A program made the position numbers and the translations under genes. Shown here piece by piece: positions 55,291 through 64,000 of a stretch of DNA of 64,000 bases (positions are counted from its first letter, which is position 1; each line of letters opens with the position of its first letter). This stretch comes from Acidobacteriota bacterium (GTDB lineage: Bacteria; Acidobacteriota; Thermoanaerobaculia; Multivoradales; JAHEKO01): contig JAOTWP010000006.1 of assembly GCA_029862975.1 (NCBI GenBank), positions 41-64,040 of the forward strand. The letters are read 5' to 3'. The notes beneath the pieces are model-generated. The model saw only the letters and a list, made by a program, of their open reading frames with translations, had not been told where the DNA came from and did not search any database.

Positions 55291-55539
55291 ATGTCGACTC
55301 CATCTCAAGTCAACGTGCACGACGCCAAGACCCATCTGTCGCGACTGCTCGACCGGGCAGCCGCCGGTGAGGAGATCGTGATCGCGCGATACGGCCGGCC
55401 GGTCGCCCGCCTGGTGCCCCTGGCGCCGGCGGCGGAGCCGCGCCGCCTGGGACTGTACGCGGGGCAGATCCGGCTCCGAAAGGACTTCGAGCGACTCCCC
55501 GCAGAGCTGCTCGCCGCCTTCGAAGGTGGTGACGTCTGA
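55291..55539 (+). CDS. Phd/YefM family antitoxin
   Basis: VNVHDAKTHLSRLLDRAAAGEEIVIARYGRPVARLVP. Confidence 0.92.
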   Translation: MSTPSQVNVHDAKTHLSRLLDRAAAGEEIVIARYGRPVARLVPLAPAAEPRRLGLYAGQIRLRKDFERLPAELLAAFEGGDV

Positions 55540-55922
55540 GACTCCTGCTGGACACCCACGTCCTCCTCTGGGCCCTCGGGGATCCGGATCGACTGCGGCC
55601 GGAGGTCGCCGCGGCCCTGGTCGACCCGCGCAACGAAGTGATGGCGAGCGCGGTCAGCGCGATGGAGATCGCCATCAAGCAGTCCCTCGGCAAGATCGAG
55701 CTTCCCGGGCCCGCGGAGACCTGGCTCGAGCCCGCCGTTCGCGAAGCCGGCTTCGATCTTCGTCCCCTCGAGTTCGCAGATGCTCTGCGGCTCCGAGCTC
55801 TGCCCTGGCATCACCGAGATCCCTTCGATCGCCTGCTCGTGGCCCAGGCGATGGACGGACTGACCCTGTGCACGCAGGACGAGCAGCTAGCGGCCTACGA
55901 CTGCGCCGTCCTGGGAATCTGA
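55536..55922 (+). CDS. vapC: VapC PIN-domain toxin, apparent CTG start
   Basis: LRLLLDTHVLLWAL...SAVSAMEIAIK...HRDPFDRLLVAQA; CTGA overlap with antitoxin stop; in-frame TGA at 55530. Confidence 0.88.
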   Translation: MRLLLDTHVLLWALGDPDRLRPEVAAALVDPRNEVMASAVSAMEIAIKQSLGKIELPGPAETWLEPAVREAGFDLRPLEFADALRLRALPWHHRDPFDRLLVAQAMDGLTLCTQDEQLAAYDCAVLGI

Positions 55923-56051
55923 GCTCGGCACCCCGCCGCCGCGAGACGCGGCTGAGGGCGCGGCTGGGGCGGCGGCCAGGTCGGGAGCTCCCTTGACGGA
56001 TGTACCAGCGTAGCGTTTCGGCGCCGCCGGCAACCTATCCTATGAGCGCAG

Positions 56052-56573
56052 ATGAGTCCCTCGAGACGCCAGGAGAGCTTTCTCGATGAGGTCCGGCCCC
56101 ATCAGGGGATGCTGCGCCGCATCGCCGCGGCCTACGCCGACAGCTTCGAGGACCGACGAGATCTCCTGCAGGAGATGCTTCTCCAACTGTGGCGGTCCTA
56201 CCCCGGCTATCGCGGCGACGCGAAGTTCTCCACCTGGATGTACCGCGTCGCCCTCAACACCGCTCTGCTGGGGTGGCGTCGCCGCTCACGGCGGCCGGAA
56301 GGCCGGCTGAGCGCCGACGATCGCGTCCTCGACAATCTGCCCGGAATCGACCCGGACGACGAGGCGGTCCGCGCGCTGTACACGGCGATTCGGGCCCTGC
56401 CCGGCGTCGATCGGGCGATCGTCGCGCTGTGGCTCGAAGGTCACTCCTACCGGGAGATTGCCGCCATCACCGGACTACGCCGCTCGAACGTCAGCGTGCG
56501 GCTGGTCCGCCTCAAGGAGAAGCTGCGCGCTTCGGTCGAAGGCGAACCGGAGCCGCGAGCGGCGCAACAATGA
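56052..56573 (+). CDS. ECF sigma factor
   Basis: DLLQEMLLQLWRS, FSTWMYRVALNTA, EGHSYREIAAITG..NVSVRLVRLKEKL. Confidence 0.92.
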   Translation: MSPSRRQESFLDEVRPHQGMLRRIAAAYADSFEDRRDLLQEMLLQLWRSYPGYRGDAKFSTWMYRVALNTALLGWRRRSRRPEGRLSADDRVLDNLPGIDPDDEAVRALYTAIRALPGVDRAIVALWLEGHSYREIAAITGLRRSNVSVRLVRLKEKLRASVEGEPEPRAAQQ

Positions 56574-57271
56574 AAAACGACAGCCTTCAATCACTGTGGA
56601 AGAAGCACGGGGAGGGTACACCCATGAGTCATGCGGAGCTCGATCGAATCGTCCGTCGGGGCATGAAAGGGAGCGTTTCGGGCTGGAGGTTCTACGTCGC
56701 CACGAATCTGCTGGCCCTGCTCGCCGCCATCGTCCTCGGCCTCGTCAACGTCGCCATGTACCGTGGCAACCCTCCGATGCTCGCCGCGGAGCTGGGCGCC
56801 ACCCTGGCGGCCGGCGTTCTGCTCGTCTTCGGAGTCCACGTCTTCCGGGAGCTCCAGCGCATCGCGAGGGTCGACGAGCCCCTCATGGACGCCCTCCGCC
56901 GGCGCCTGGCGTTCGTGCGCAGCAAGTACGAGCTCTGGCTGTGGGCCGCAGCGCTCACCTGCCTGCTCCTGGTCTTCACCCTCACGACGTTCATCGACAA
57001 TCAGAACGGCGTCTACCGGATCAACCAGCCGTTGGTCTTCTGGGGAACGCTGGCCGCGATGCTCCTCTTCATCTACGGTACGGGCAAGCTCGCCTCCTAC
57101 GCGCCGGTGAGGGAGATGCGCGACGCGCTCGAAGATCTCCAGGAGGGCACCACGGAGCGGATTCGAGCGACGCCCGCGAGACGCCGGGTGGTGTTCTGGC
57201 TGACGGTCGCCGCCGTCCTGCTCCTGACGGCGACGGCGATCCTCGGGATGCTGACGGCCCTGGGGCTGTAG
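56570..57271 (+). CDS. Multi-TM membrane protein, probable anti-sigma factor
   Basis: ATGA overlap with the sigma gene; MKNDSLQSLWKK followed by about 5 TM helices. Confidence 0.75.
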   Translation: MKNDSLQSLWKKHGEGTPMSHAELDRIVRRGMKGSVSGWRFYVATNLLALLAAIVLGLVNVAMYRGNPPMLAAELGATLAAGVLLVFGVHVFRELQRIARVDEPLMDALRRRLAFVRSKYELWLWAAALTCLLLVFTLTTFIDNQNGVYRINQPLVFWGTLAAMLLFIYGTGKLASYAPVREMRDALEDLQEGTTERIRATPARRRVVFWLTVAAVLLLTATAILGMLTALGL

Positions 57272-57439
57272 AGCCTCCGCTCTCTCGCCCCGGCTCTCGG
57301 CCGCCGAATCCCGCCGCGGACGAAGGCCGCCGGACAGGCTATGCAAGGACCGAAAAAGGGCGTAGCGTCCCTCCCTGTTTTCTCCGCGGCCGGCGGATGG
57401 TCTGCCGGCACGCCTCCGGTGAAGACCGGAAAAGAGGAG

Positions 57440-60124
57440 ATGCACTTGTATCGACCGAGGTTTTCGAGTGGGGTTGTTTTCCTGGCTTCGTGCTGCGTCG
57501 CTGCGGCCGCGTCCGGTGCTCCCAGCCCGGGCCTGGGGGCCGCCGACGTCGCCTACCGATACGTGGCGGCGAACCAGCAGAGGCTGGGTCTCGATGGCTC
57601 CGACGTCGGCGAGATGGTCGTGTCCAGCCAGGTCGCCAGCGAGCACAACGGCGTGACCCACGTCTACCTGCAGCAGCGCTATCGCGGGATCGACGTGTAC
57701 AACGGAATCCTCAACGTCAACGTCCTCGCGGGCGAGGAGGTCCTCGGCGCGGGCAACCGCTTCGTCAGCCGCATCGCGGCAGCGGCCGGCCGGCAGAATG
57801 CTCGCCGGACGGCCCTCGAAGCGACGCTCGTGGCGGCCGGCCACCTCGAGCTCGCCGCCCGGCAGCCGTTCACGGTCCTCGACACCCTGGGCGGGGCGTC
57901 GCGCCGGACGACGATCTCCGACGGCGGCGTCGCCGCTCGGCCGATCGACGCGCGGCTGGTGTGGTACCCGGTCGACGGCGCCGTGCGCCTCGCGTGGAGC
58001 CTCGAGATCGAGGAGGCGGCGAGCCCGCACTGGTGGATCGCCTTCGTCGACGCGACGACCGGCGCGTTTCTGGGCGCGGAGGACCTGACGATCCAGGAGT
58101 CCGCCGCCGCCATCGCCGGCGCGATCGAGCGGGCTCCGGCGCGGCGGGTGGCGACTCCCGCGGCTCCGCCCGCCCCGCTGGCGGACGGCGCCAGCTACAA
58201 CGTGTTTCCGCTGCCGCTGGAAAACCCCAACGACGGCGGCCGCCAGCTGGTGACCGACCCGGCGGAGCTCACGGCCTCGCCCTTCGGCTGGCATGACACC
58301 GACGGCGTCGATGGCGCCGAGTTCACGAGGACCCGCGGCAACAACGTGCACGCCTACGTCGACGCCGAGCTCCCCAACAACGTACCGGATCCGGACAGCG
58401 ATCCCGACGGCGGGCCCGGGCTGGTCTTCGATTTCCCGCTCGACCTGACCCAGGATCCCGCGACCTACCGTCCGGCGGCGGTGACGAACCTCTTCTACTG
58501 GAACAACGTCATGCACGACGTGTCCTACGCCTACGGCTTCACCGAGGCGGCGGGCAACTTCCAGGAGAACAACTACGGCAACGGCGGCCTCGGCGGCGAC
58601 TACGTGCGCGCCGAGGCGCAGGATCGCAGCGGCACGGACAACGCCAACTTCGCCACCCCCCCGGACGGGAACCGGCCGCGGATGCAGATGTACCGCTGGC
58701 TCAGCCCCTTCGCCCAGCTGGTGACCGTCAACTCGCCGCCGGCGATCGCCGGCGTCTACGTCGCCAACCCCTCCAACAACGGAGGCACGGCCAACGGTCT
58801 GACCGCCGATCTCGCCCTCGTGGACGACGGCGTCGCCCCCACGGACGACGCCTGCGAGCCCGTCGCGAACGATCTGACGGGCAAGATCGCGCTGATCCGG
58901 TGGAGCGGGGGGCTGTGCAACTCGAGCGCCTTCGTCGCCAACGCCGCCAACGCCGGGGCCGTCGCGGCGATCATCATCGACGTCACCGACATCCCGTACA
59001 CGAACTTCGGGGGTAGCGGCCTGATTCCGTCGGTCGCGGTGGGGCAGACCCACGGCAACCTCTTCGCGAGCACGCTCGCCGGCGACACGGTCAACGCCAC
59101 GATCGACGACAACCCCGATTCCGTCGACCGCGACAGCGACCTCGACGCCGGCGTCATCGCCCACGAGTACGGGCACGGCATCTCCATCCGGCTCACGGGC
59201 GGCCCCCTGGTCGTGAACTGCCTCAACAACGCCGAGCAGATGGGCGAGGGGTGGAGCGACTGGTTCGCCCTGACCTTGACCGCCGATCCGTCGGACACCG
59301 GCTCGATGCCGCGCGGGATCGGGACCTACGTGATCTTCCAGGACCCCGACGGCAAAGGCATTCGCAACACGCCGTACAGCACGGACACGAGCATCAATCC
59401 GTCGACCTACGCGTGGGTGGCCGATTCCCTGAACGTCAGCCAACCGCACGGCATCGGCTACGTCTGGAACACGATGCTCTGGGAGGTCTACTGGAACCTG
59501 ATCGACCGCCACGGCTTCAACCCCGACGTCTACGCCGACTGGTCGACGGGCGGCAACAACCTGGCGATGCAGCTGGTGATGGACGGCTTCAAGCTGCAGG
59601 TGTGCCGGCCGGGCTTCGTCGACGGGCGCGACGCCATCCTCCTCGCCGACCTCGTCCTGACGGGTGGGGTCAACGAGTGCGAGATCTGGCGAGGCTTCGC
59701 CAAGCGCGGCCTCGGCGCGAGCGCCGACCAGGGGCTGTCGACCAGCCGGTTCGACGGCGTGGAGGCCTTCGACCTGCCGGCCGCTTGCATGGCGGCCGAC
59801 TTCGGCGGCTTCCAGGCGCCGGTCAGCGATCCGCCGGCGGTCAACCACGTCAACGCGGGCTCGACCATCCCGGTCAAGTTCCTGTTGAGCGGCGTCGAGG
59901 GGCTGCCGCCGGTCGACAACCAGCAGGTCGACTGCGAGACGCTCGAGCCGACCGGTGAGGTGCCCCAGGCTCCGGCGACGCCCGGCAACACGGGCTTGAA
60001 GCGCAAGGGAGACTCCTTCCACCTCAACTGGCAGACCGATCCCAGCTGGTTCGGCACCTGTCGCAAGCTCACGGTGCGGATTCCCGCGCCGAGCGACGGC
60101 GTCGCGTACTTCAGCTTCTTCTAG
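57440..60124 (+). CDS. Fungalysin (M36) extracellular metalloprotease with propeptide, PA insert and PxKF-type C-terminal domain
   Basis: NGVTHVYLQQRY, ASPFGWHD, TRGNN, GFTEAAGNFQ, HEYGH, MGEGWSD; C-terminal AGSTIPVKF. Confidence 0.93.
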   Translation: MHLYRPRFSSGVVFLASCCVAAAASGAPSPGLGAADVAYRYVAANQQRLGLDGSDVGEMVVSSQVASEHNGVTHVYLQQRYRGIDVYNGILNVNVLAGEEVLGAGNRFVSRIAAAAGRQNARRTALEATLVAAGHLELAARQPFTVLDTLGGASRRTTISDGGVAARPIDARLVWYPVDGAVRLAWSLEIEEAASPHWWIAFVDATTGAFLGAEDLTIQESAAAIAGAIERAPARRVATPAAPPAPLADGASYNVFPLPLENPNDGGRQLVTDPAELTASPFGWHDTDGVDGAEFTRTRGNNVHAYVDAELPNNVPDPDSDPDGGPGLVFDFPLDLTQDPATYRPAAVTNLFYWNNVMHDVSYAYGFTEAAGNFQENNYGNGGLGGDYVRAEAQDRSGTDNANFATPPDGNRPRMQMYRWLSPFAQLVTVNSPPAIAGVYVANPSNNGGTANGLTADLALVDDGVAPTDDACEPVANDLTGKIALIRWSGGLCNSSAFVANAANAGAVAAIIIDVTDIPYTNFGGSGLIPSVAVGQTHGNLFASTLAGDTVNATIDDNPDSVDRDSDLDAGVIAHEYGHGISIRLTGGPLVVNCLNNAEQMGEGWSDWFALTLTADPSDTGSMPRGIGTYVIFQDPDGKGIRNTPYSTDTSINPSTYAWVADSLNVSQPHGIGYVWNTMLWEVYWNLIDRHGFNPDVYADWSTGGNNLAMQLVMDGFKLQVCRPGFVDGRDAILLADLVLTGGVNECEIWRGFAKRGLGASADQGLSTSRFDGVEAFDLPAACMAADFGGFQAPVSDPPAVNHVNAGSTIPVKFLLSGVEGLPPVDNQQVDCETLEPTGEVPQAPATPGNTGLKRKGDSFHLNWQTDPSWFGTCRKLTVRIPAPSDGVAYFSFF

Positions 60125-60134
60125 GCAGCTCATC

Positions 60135-60173
60135 TCCCCCCGGGGGCGCCGTGACCGCGGCGCCCCCGGGGGA
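60135..60173. terminator. GC-rich hairpin after the M36 gene
   Basis: cccccgggggcgccg-tgaccg-cggcgcccccggggg; no clear U-tract. Confidence 0.45.
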
Positions 60174-60265
60174 TTGCGGCCTGCGCCGCCGGCCGCGGTC
60201 TCGCCCCGGGGACGAGGCCGCGGCTGTTACCATGGGCTCCTACCGATCGCAGGAGGAATCGACTC

Positions 60266-60973
60266 ATGGTCAGGAGACGACTGGCAAGCTGCACTGCGTT
60301 CCTGGTGGTGGCCCTGTGCGCCGCGGCGCCGGGCTCGTCACAGCCCGGGCAAGGGGGAGAACGAACCATCTTCTCGTCGGAGGGCGTGCCGCTCTCGACC
60401 ACCCTCCCGACACCGCCGTCGCTGTACCCGGCGCCGCCGCTCGGACCGGTGGTGACGATCGACCTGTGGTGCTGCGGCGCCGACCCGCTGTTCTGGAGCG
60501 TGAACACGGACTTCTTCTGGGCGACCGCCTTCGACACCAACGACATCGTCGCGACCCACGTCGTGACCGAGGTGCTGTGGTTCGCCGACGGCGGCGAGGA
60601 CGAGCAGTACTGGATCGCCCAGGACAACGGCGCCGGCCTTCCCGATCCCACGACCGCCGTCTTCCTGGGCTCCCAGAGCGTGCCGCCCTCGGGCGGGATG
60701 TGGCAGTCGTTCGACGCCAGCGCCGCCGGGGCGACCGTCGATCCGGGGCTGGTCTACTGGTTCATCCGCGCCGCGCCCGGCCAGGGATTCGACATGACCT
60801 GGCAGAGCACGGTCAATCCGGCCCCGCCGGTGGTGGACCCGGTGGCCATCACCATGGACTTCAACGGCGTGTGGTTCAAGTGGGTCACGGGACAGGGCTG
60901 GCACATGGAGTACGAGATCCGCGGCGTGCCCGAGATCATCCCGGTCGAGGTGATCGAGTTCGAGGTCGAGTAG
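60266..60973 (+). CDS. Secreted hypothetical protein ending IPVEVIEFEVE
   Basis: AGGAGG RBS; signal peptide; Trp-rich beta-type sequence. Confidence 0.75.
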   Translation: MVRRRLASCTAFLVVALCAAAPGSSQPGQGGERTIFSSEGVPLSTTLPTPPSLYPAPPLGPVVTIDLWCCGADPLFWSVNTDFFWATAFDTNDIVATHVVTEVLWFADGGEDEQYWIAQDNGAGLPDPTTAVFLGSQSVPPSGGMWQSFDASAAGATVDPGLVYWFIRAAPGQGFDMTWQSTVNPAPPVVDPVAITMDFNGVWFKWVTGQGWHMEYEIRGVPEIIPVEVIEFEVE

Positions 60974-60998
60974 CGGCCGCGGACCTCTCCGGGGGGCT

Positions 60999-62018
60999 CT
61001 ACGGGATCACCTCCTTGACGGAGGGCACGCAGAGCCGCTTGATCTTCCACTTGACCCGCAGCTCCTGCTCGCCGAACTGGTTGCCGACCAGAACGTCGAG
61101 GTTGACCTTGCGGGTGGAGAACACGTCGTAGCAGACGAGGTGATCCGTGGGGTTGGCGACGCCTTCGCCGTTTTTGTCGGCCGGCGTGCAGATCTCGCGG
61201 GCCTTGCCCACCACGACGCCGTCCTCGGCGGTGAACTGGTCGACCAGCGAGACGACCGTCGGGGGCATGGCCGTGTTCTCGTTGACCATGTAGCAGTCGA
61301 AGTGCTCGAGCCCCCCCGCGACCGGACACGGGAAGACCAGGATGTCGTGCCAGTAGTTCCACTGGCCGACGAAGCCGGGGAGGTTGTTGGGCAGCGGGAT
61401 GCCGCCCTGGGCGACGCCGCTCTCGTCGAACTCGAAGGAGACGACCTGGGTGAGGTCGATGCCTCCGTCCCAGTAGCCCGTCGCTCCCGCCTGGCCGGGG
61501 CCTCCGGAGGCGGCGACGGTCAGCGTCGTGGCGACGTCGGGCGGCAGCCCGCCCGCTCCGACCGGCGAGCGCCAGCCTTTCATCACGCCGTTCACGTCCC
61601 TGAGCGAGAACGAGATGCTCGTCATCCCCGATCGCGGCCAGGCGGTGAGGGTGATGCACATGCCGGTGAAGTCGGGATCCTCGGGCAGCACCAGGTCCCA
61701 GGCGGCGATGATCTCGCCGGTGTCCCCCGGATCCCCCCAGCTCATCAGCAGGCCGGGGTGAGGATCGACGTCCCCCTCCGGCGTCACGAGCTCGTCCAGA
61801 AGGAAGAGCTGCGACGGCCGGAAGGCGTCCTCCTGCCCGGGATGGAGCCCCTCGAGCCCTTCGTTCCACTCGACGACCGGCAGGAACTGCGCCTGCTCCC
61901 AGTCGGCAAGCGAGGTCAGATGGATGTCGACCGGCTCGGCCAGAGCCGGGCCCGCCAGCGCCAGCACCAGCGCGGCCAGGAGCCCTGTCGGAAGCAGCCT
62001 GCGGTGGGTCTTGCTCAT
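60999..62018 (-). CDS. Secreted hypothetical protein with duplicated Cys-containing C-terminal module
   Basis: GAGGAG RBS; signal peptide ending ALA; HFDCY..DQF..ICTPADK repeated as HLVCY..NQF..LCVPSVK. Confidence 0.78.
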   Translation of the reverse strand: MSKTHRRLLPTGLLAALVLALAGPALAEPVDIHLTSLADWEQAQFLPVVEWNEGLEGLHPGQEDAFRPSQLFLLDELVTPEGDVDPHPGLLMSWGDPGDTGEIIAAWDLVLPEDPDFTGMCITLTAWPRSGMTSISFSLRDVNGVMKGWRSPVGAGGLPPDVATTLTVAASGGPGQAGATGYWDGGIDLTQVVSFEFDESGVAQGGIPLPNNLPGFVGQWNYWHDILVFPCPVAGGLEHFDCYMVNENTAMPPTVVSLVDQFTAEDGVVVGKAREICTPADKNGEGVANPTDHLVCYDVFSTRKVNLDVLVGNQFGEQELRVKWKIKRLCVPSVKEVIP

Positions 62019-62329
62019 CGTCTCGTCTCCTCGGTGGCGCCACCCCGGGATTGGGATGCGCTCGGCGGCCGGCAGCTCGGCGCTCCGGCCTTCACCCTTC
62101 GGCAGCTCGGCGATCTTGGATCTTCGTGGCGGGTCATCCGTCGCGCAGAAGCGAGGACCCGTGGCTTTGCGACACTGGCTTTGACCAGCTGTGCCGTTGT
62201 CGGAGCGTCTTGTAGCTATACACAATGCAGAGTCTGCCACCAGACCCGAAGGGGCAGGCGGACCCACCCACCCCTAGAGCTAGCCAGCGCCCGGGACCGA
62301 CGCGCCCGGGGAGGCCTTGCCGCTCGAGG

Positions 62330-62404
62330 GCCGTCGAGGGCCAGGACCAGCACCTCGGCCCGGCCTCGGTCCTCGCTCGAATAGCTGAGGAAGATGTCGC
62401 TCAC
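62330..62404 (-). pseudogene. TIR-domain N-terminal remnant
   Basis: CAGGAG RBS then VSDIFLSYSSEDRGRAEVLVLAL, after which the sequence no longer resembles TIR. Confidence 0.6.
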
Positions 62405-62630
62405 CGCGCTCCTGTCGCTCCGAGGCTTGATGGACGCTCGGGGAGGGGCCGCCGGCGCCCCCGCTCATGACTCCCAGGCCGATGGGCGCAGTCTACCGCG
62501 GTCTACTGCCGCATCTCCGGGGACCACGCCGGCACACGCAGCGCTCTCGGACCCTCCGGTGACTCCGGCGATGCCCGTCTCGCTCGACGTCTTCTACAGG
62601 GGGCCGCGTGACGCGTTCGAGCGTCGCATC

Positions 62631-63413
62631 CTAGCCCCCGCAGACATCCTCGTACCGGCTTCCGGGGTCGTGCAGAGCCGCCCCGAGACTCTTCAGGGCA
62701 GGCTCAGGGGCCAGCTCGGCGGGCAGGTCGGGCAGCGCCATCAGGCCGGTGACCTCAGCCTCTACGGTGGCCCGGTCGTCGCAGAAGCAGCGGGCCGCCC
62801 CCAGCTGCTCGATGGCTTTGCGGAGCGGCTCTCGCAGGGCCTCCTGGAGACAGGGTTCGGCGCTCGACCAGGCGGACCCGAGCGCTGCAAGGGACGCATG
62901 CGCGGCGCCGGGGCTGGCGCAGCCGCCCAGGTCCCAGGTCTGCACGATCCAGACGCGGTGAGGGTCTCCCAGGAGCTTGCCCGCCGCCTCGATTACACTG
63001 CGGGAGGCCGCCCCCGGCGGCATTCGCCCGGCCAGATCACCGAAGTCCGGCCAGGCGTAGAAGGTGGCGGCCCCACTCGCCAGCCCGATCGTGGGAAGGG
63101 CCTGGTCGAGTTGGTCCACGTCCTCTAGGAAGCGCGCGAACGCGGGGTCGCCGAAGTGCGCGTCCCGGACGTCCAGCAGGTGCAACCCCAGGTCGGCGGA
63201 CAGGGGCAGCGCCTCGGCGAGGAGGGCGCACACCAGCTCCAGGTCGCCGCCCGCCGACAGGGACGAGGCTCGATGAACGGCGACCCGTTCCGCGAGAGTC
63301 GGGGGTAGCTCGAGCCCAGGGGGGGCTACCCAGGGCTCGACGTCCGGCGAGTCGAGAGCCTGGGCCCCGGGGTTCGCACAGCCCCAGGCCAGCACCAGGA
63401 GGGTCAGGAACAT
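62631..63413 (-). CDS. Hypothetical lipoprotein (candidate immunity protein)
   Basis: MFLTLLVLAWGC lipobox-like; starts 3 nt after the upstream peptidase stop. Confidence 0.65.
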   Translation of the reverse strand: MFLTLLVLAWGCANPGAQALDSPDVEPWVAPPGLELPPTLAERVAVHRASSLSAGGDLELVCALLAEALPLSADLGLHLLDVRDAHFGDPAFARFLEDVDQLDQALPTIGLASGAATFYAWPDFGDLAGRMPPGAASRSVIEAAGKLLGDPHRVWIVQTWDLGGCASPGAAHASLAALGSAWSSAEPCLQEALREPLRKAIEQLGAARCFCDDRATVEAEVTGLMALPDLPAELAPEPALKSLGAALHDPGSRYEDVCGG

Positions 63414-63416
63414 GTC

Positions 63417-63998
63417 TTACGGCAGCACGAAGTGGGGGCGATCCGCGGCGTGCAAGTTATGCACCATCCCCGCGCCGGTGGCGAGGCTGTCGATGCACGG
63501 CTCCTCGCCCGCGGCAGGTCCCGGCGCCTGCACGCCCTCCGGGAGCGGGAGCCCGCATTGCTGGAGGGTCACGCCGGCAGGGAGGGTCCAGGCGATGTCG
63601 ACCGCATTGCCCAAGCGATGCCGGGAGACCTGGGCCACGGGCCGGTCGACCGCCAGTTGGTGATTCGTCATCTCCGCGGTTACAGCGGCTCGTATGACGT
63701 CACACTCAGGCCCCGGGTGGTTCTGAAGCTCGCGGGCCCGGTCCCAGACCTCCCGGAGGTGGTCCTGGTAGGCCTGTGGTCGGTATGCCGACGTCAGGGT
63801 GGCCGTCCCGCCGGCGCCCTGGATGGCCCCGATGAGAGCGTTGGATGCGTTCTGGAGCGTGCCGCCGTCGTTGGGCCAGACAATCCGCTGCCCGCCCTCC
63901 ATGAGGAGTGCCTCGGCGTCCGTGATAGCGGTCAGTGGCTGCACGGGGCATACGGCGGGCTGCTGTGCCGGCGCTGCCGCTGCCGGGGGCTGCGCACC
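63417..63998 (-). CDS. M15/VanY-like Zn peptidoglycan peptidase domain protein, 5' truncated by window edge
   Basis: TSAYRPQAYQ, SRHRLGNAVDI, DRPHF; frame open to the window end through a Pro/Ala/Gln linker. Confidence 0.7.
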   Translation of the reverse strand, partial: GAQPPAAAAPAQQPAVCPVQPLTAITDAEALLMEGGQRIVWPNDGGTLQNASNALIGAIQGAGGTATLTSAYRPQAYQDHLREVWDRARELQNHPGPECDVIRAAVTAEMTNHQLAVDRPVAQVSRHRLGNAVDIAWTLPAGVTLQQCGLPLPEGVQAPGPAAGEEPCIDSLATGAGMVHNLHAADRPHFVLP

Positions 63999-64000
63999 CT

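Noticed and set aside
56591-60133. 1180-aa minus-strand ORF and similar long ORFs (1102-3879, 17088-19550, 23081-26275, 23194-26592, 43108-46005)
   Set aside because: Stop-poor antisense or alternate frames expected at this GC content; no motifs, and each overlaps a well-supported gene.

Overview
Very GC-rich bacterial chromosomal window; gene content and style suggest Acidobacteriota/Thermoanaerobaculia-like, which is inference only. About 47 credible CDS; most long ORFs in the supplied track are GC-rich antisense or off-frame shadows. Main loci: (1) a molybdenum-hydroxylase operon (coxM-coxS-[amidase-fdrA-ylbE]-coxL-coxG) with an FdrA/DUF1116 pair and an amidase inside it; (2) a BrnTA toxin-antitoxin pair; (3) an ECF sigma factor with a Cys-containing tail, flanked on both sides by an identical promoter-like motif GTGTATCCC-N12-TTTCGTCTC pointing at small Cys/His-rich proteins; (4) a cyanophycin locus cphB-cphA plus a third CphA-like ligase lacking the ATP-grasp domain; (5) sulfatase-like and Asp-box secreted proteins, and two GT87-like paralogs around an 11-mer-repeat protein; (6) a monoheme cytochrome c, an 11-heme cytochrome c and a cytochrome b (split CbcL-like module); (7) TonB receptor, patatin, PilZ, pectinacetylesterase, YbaK, ACP-FAAL-acyltransferase fusion and di-heme oxidoreductase; (8) an atypical sigma54 activator divergent from an FG-GAP protein gene that has a consensus sigma54 promoter; (9) VapBC with an apparent CTG start, an ECF/anti-sigma pair, a fungalysin, secreted hypotheticals and an M15-like peptidase/lipoprotein pair at the right edge. 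Several intergenic gaps hold gene remnants (two PIN C-termini, one TIR N-terminus). No rRNA, tRNA, CRISPR array, integrase or transposase was recognised.
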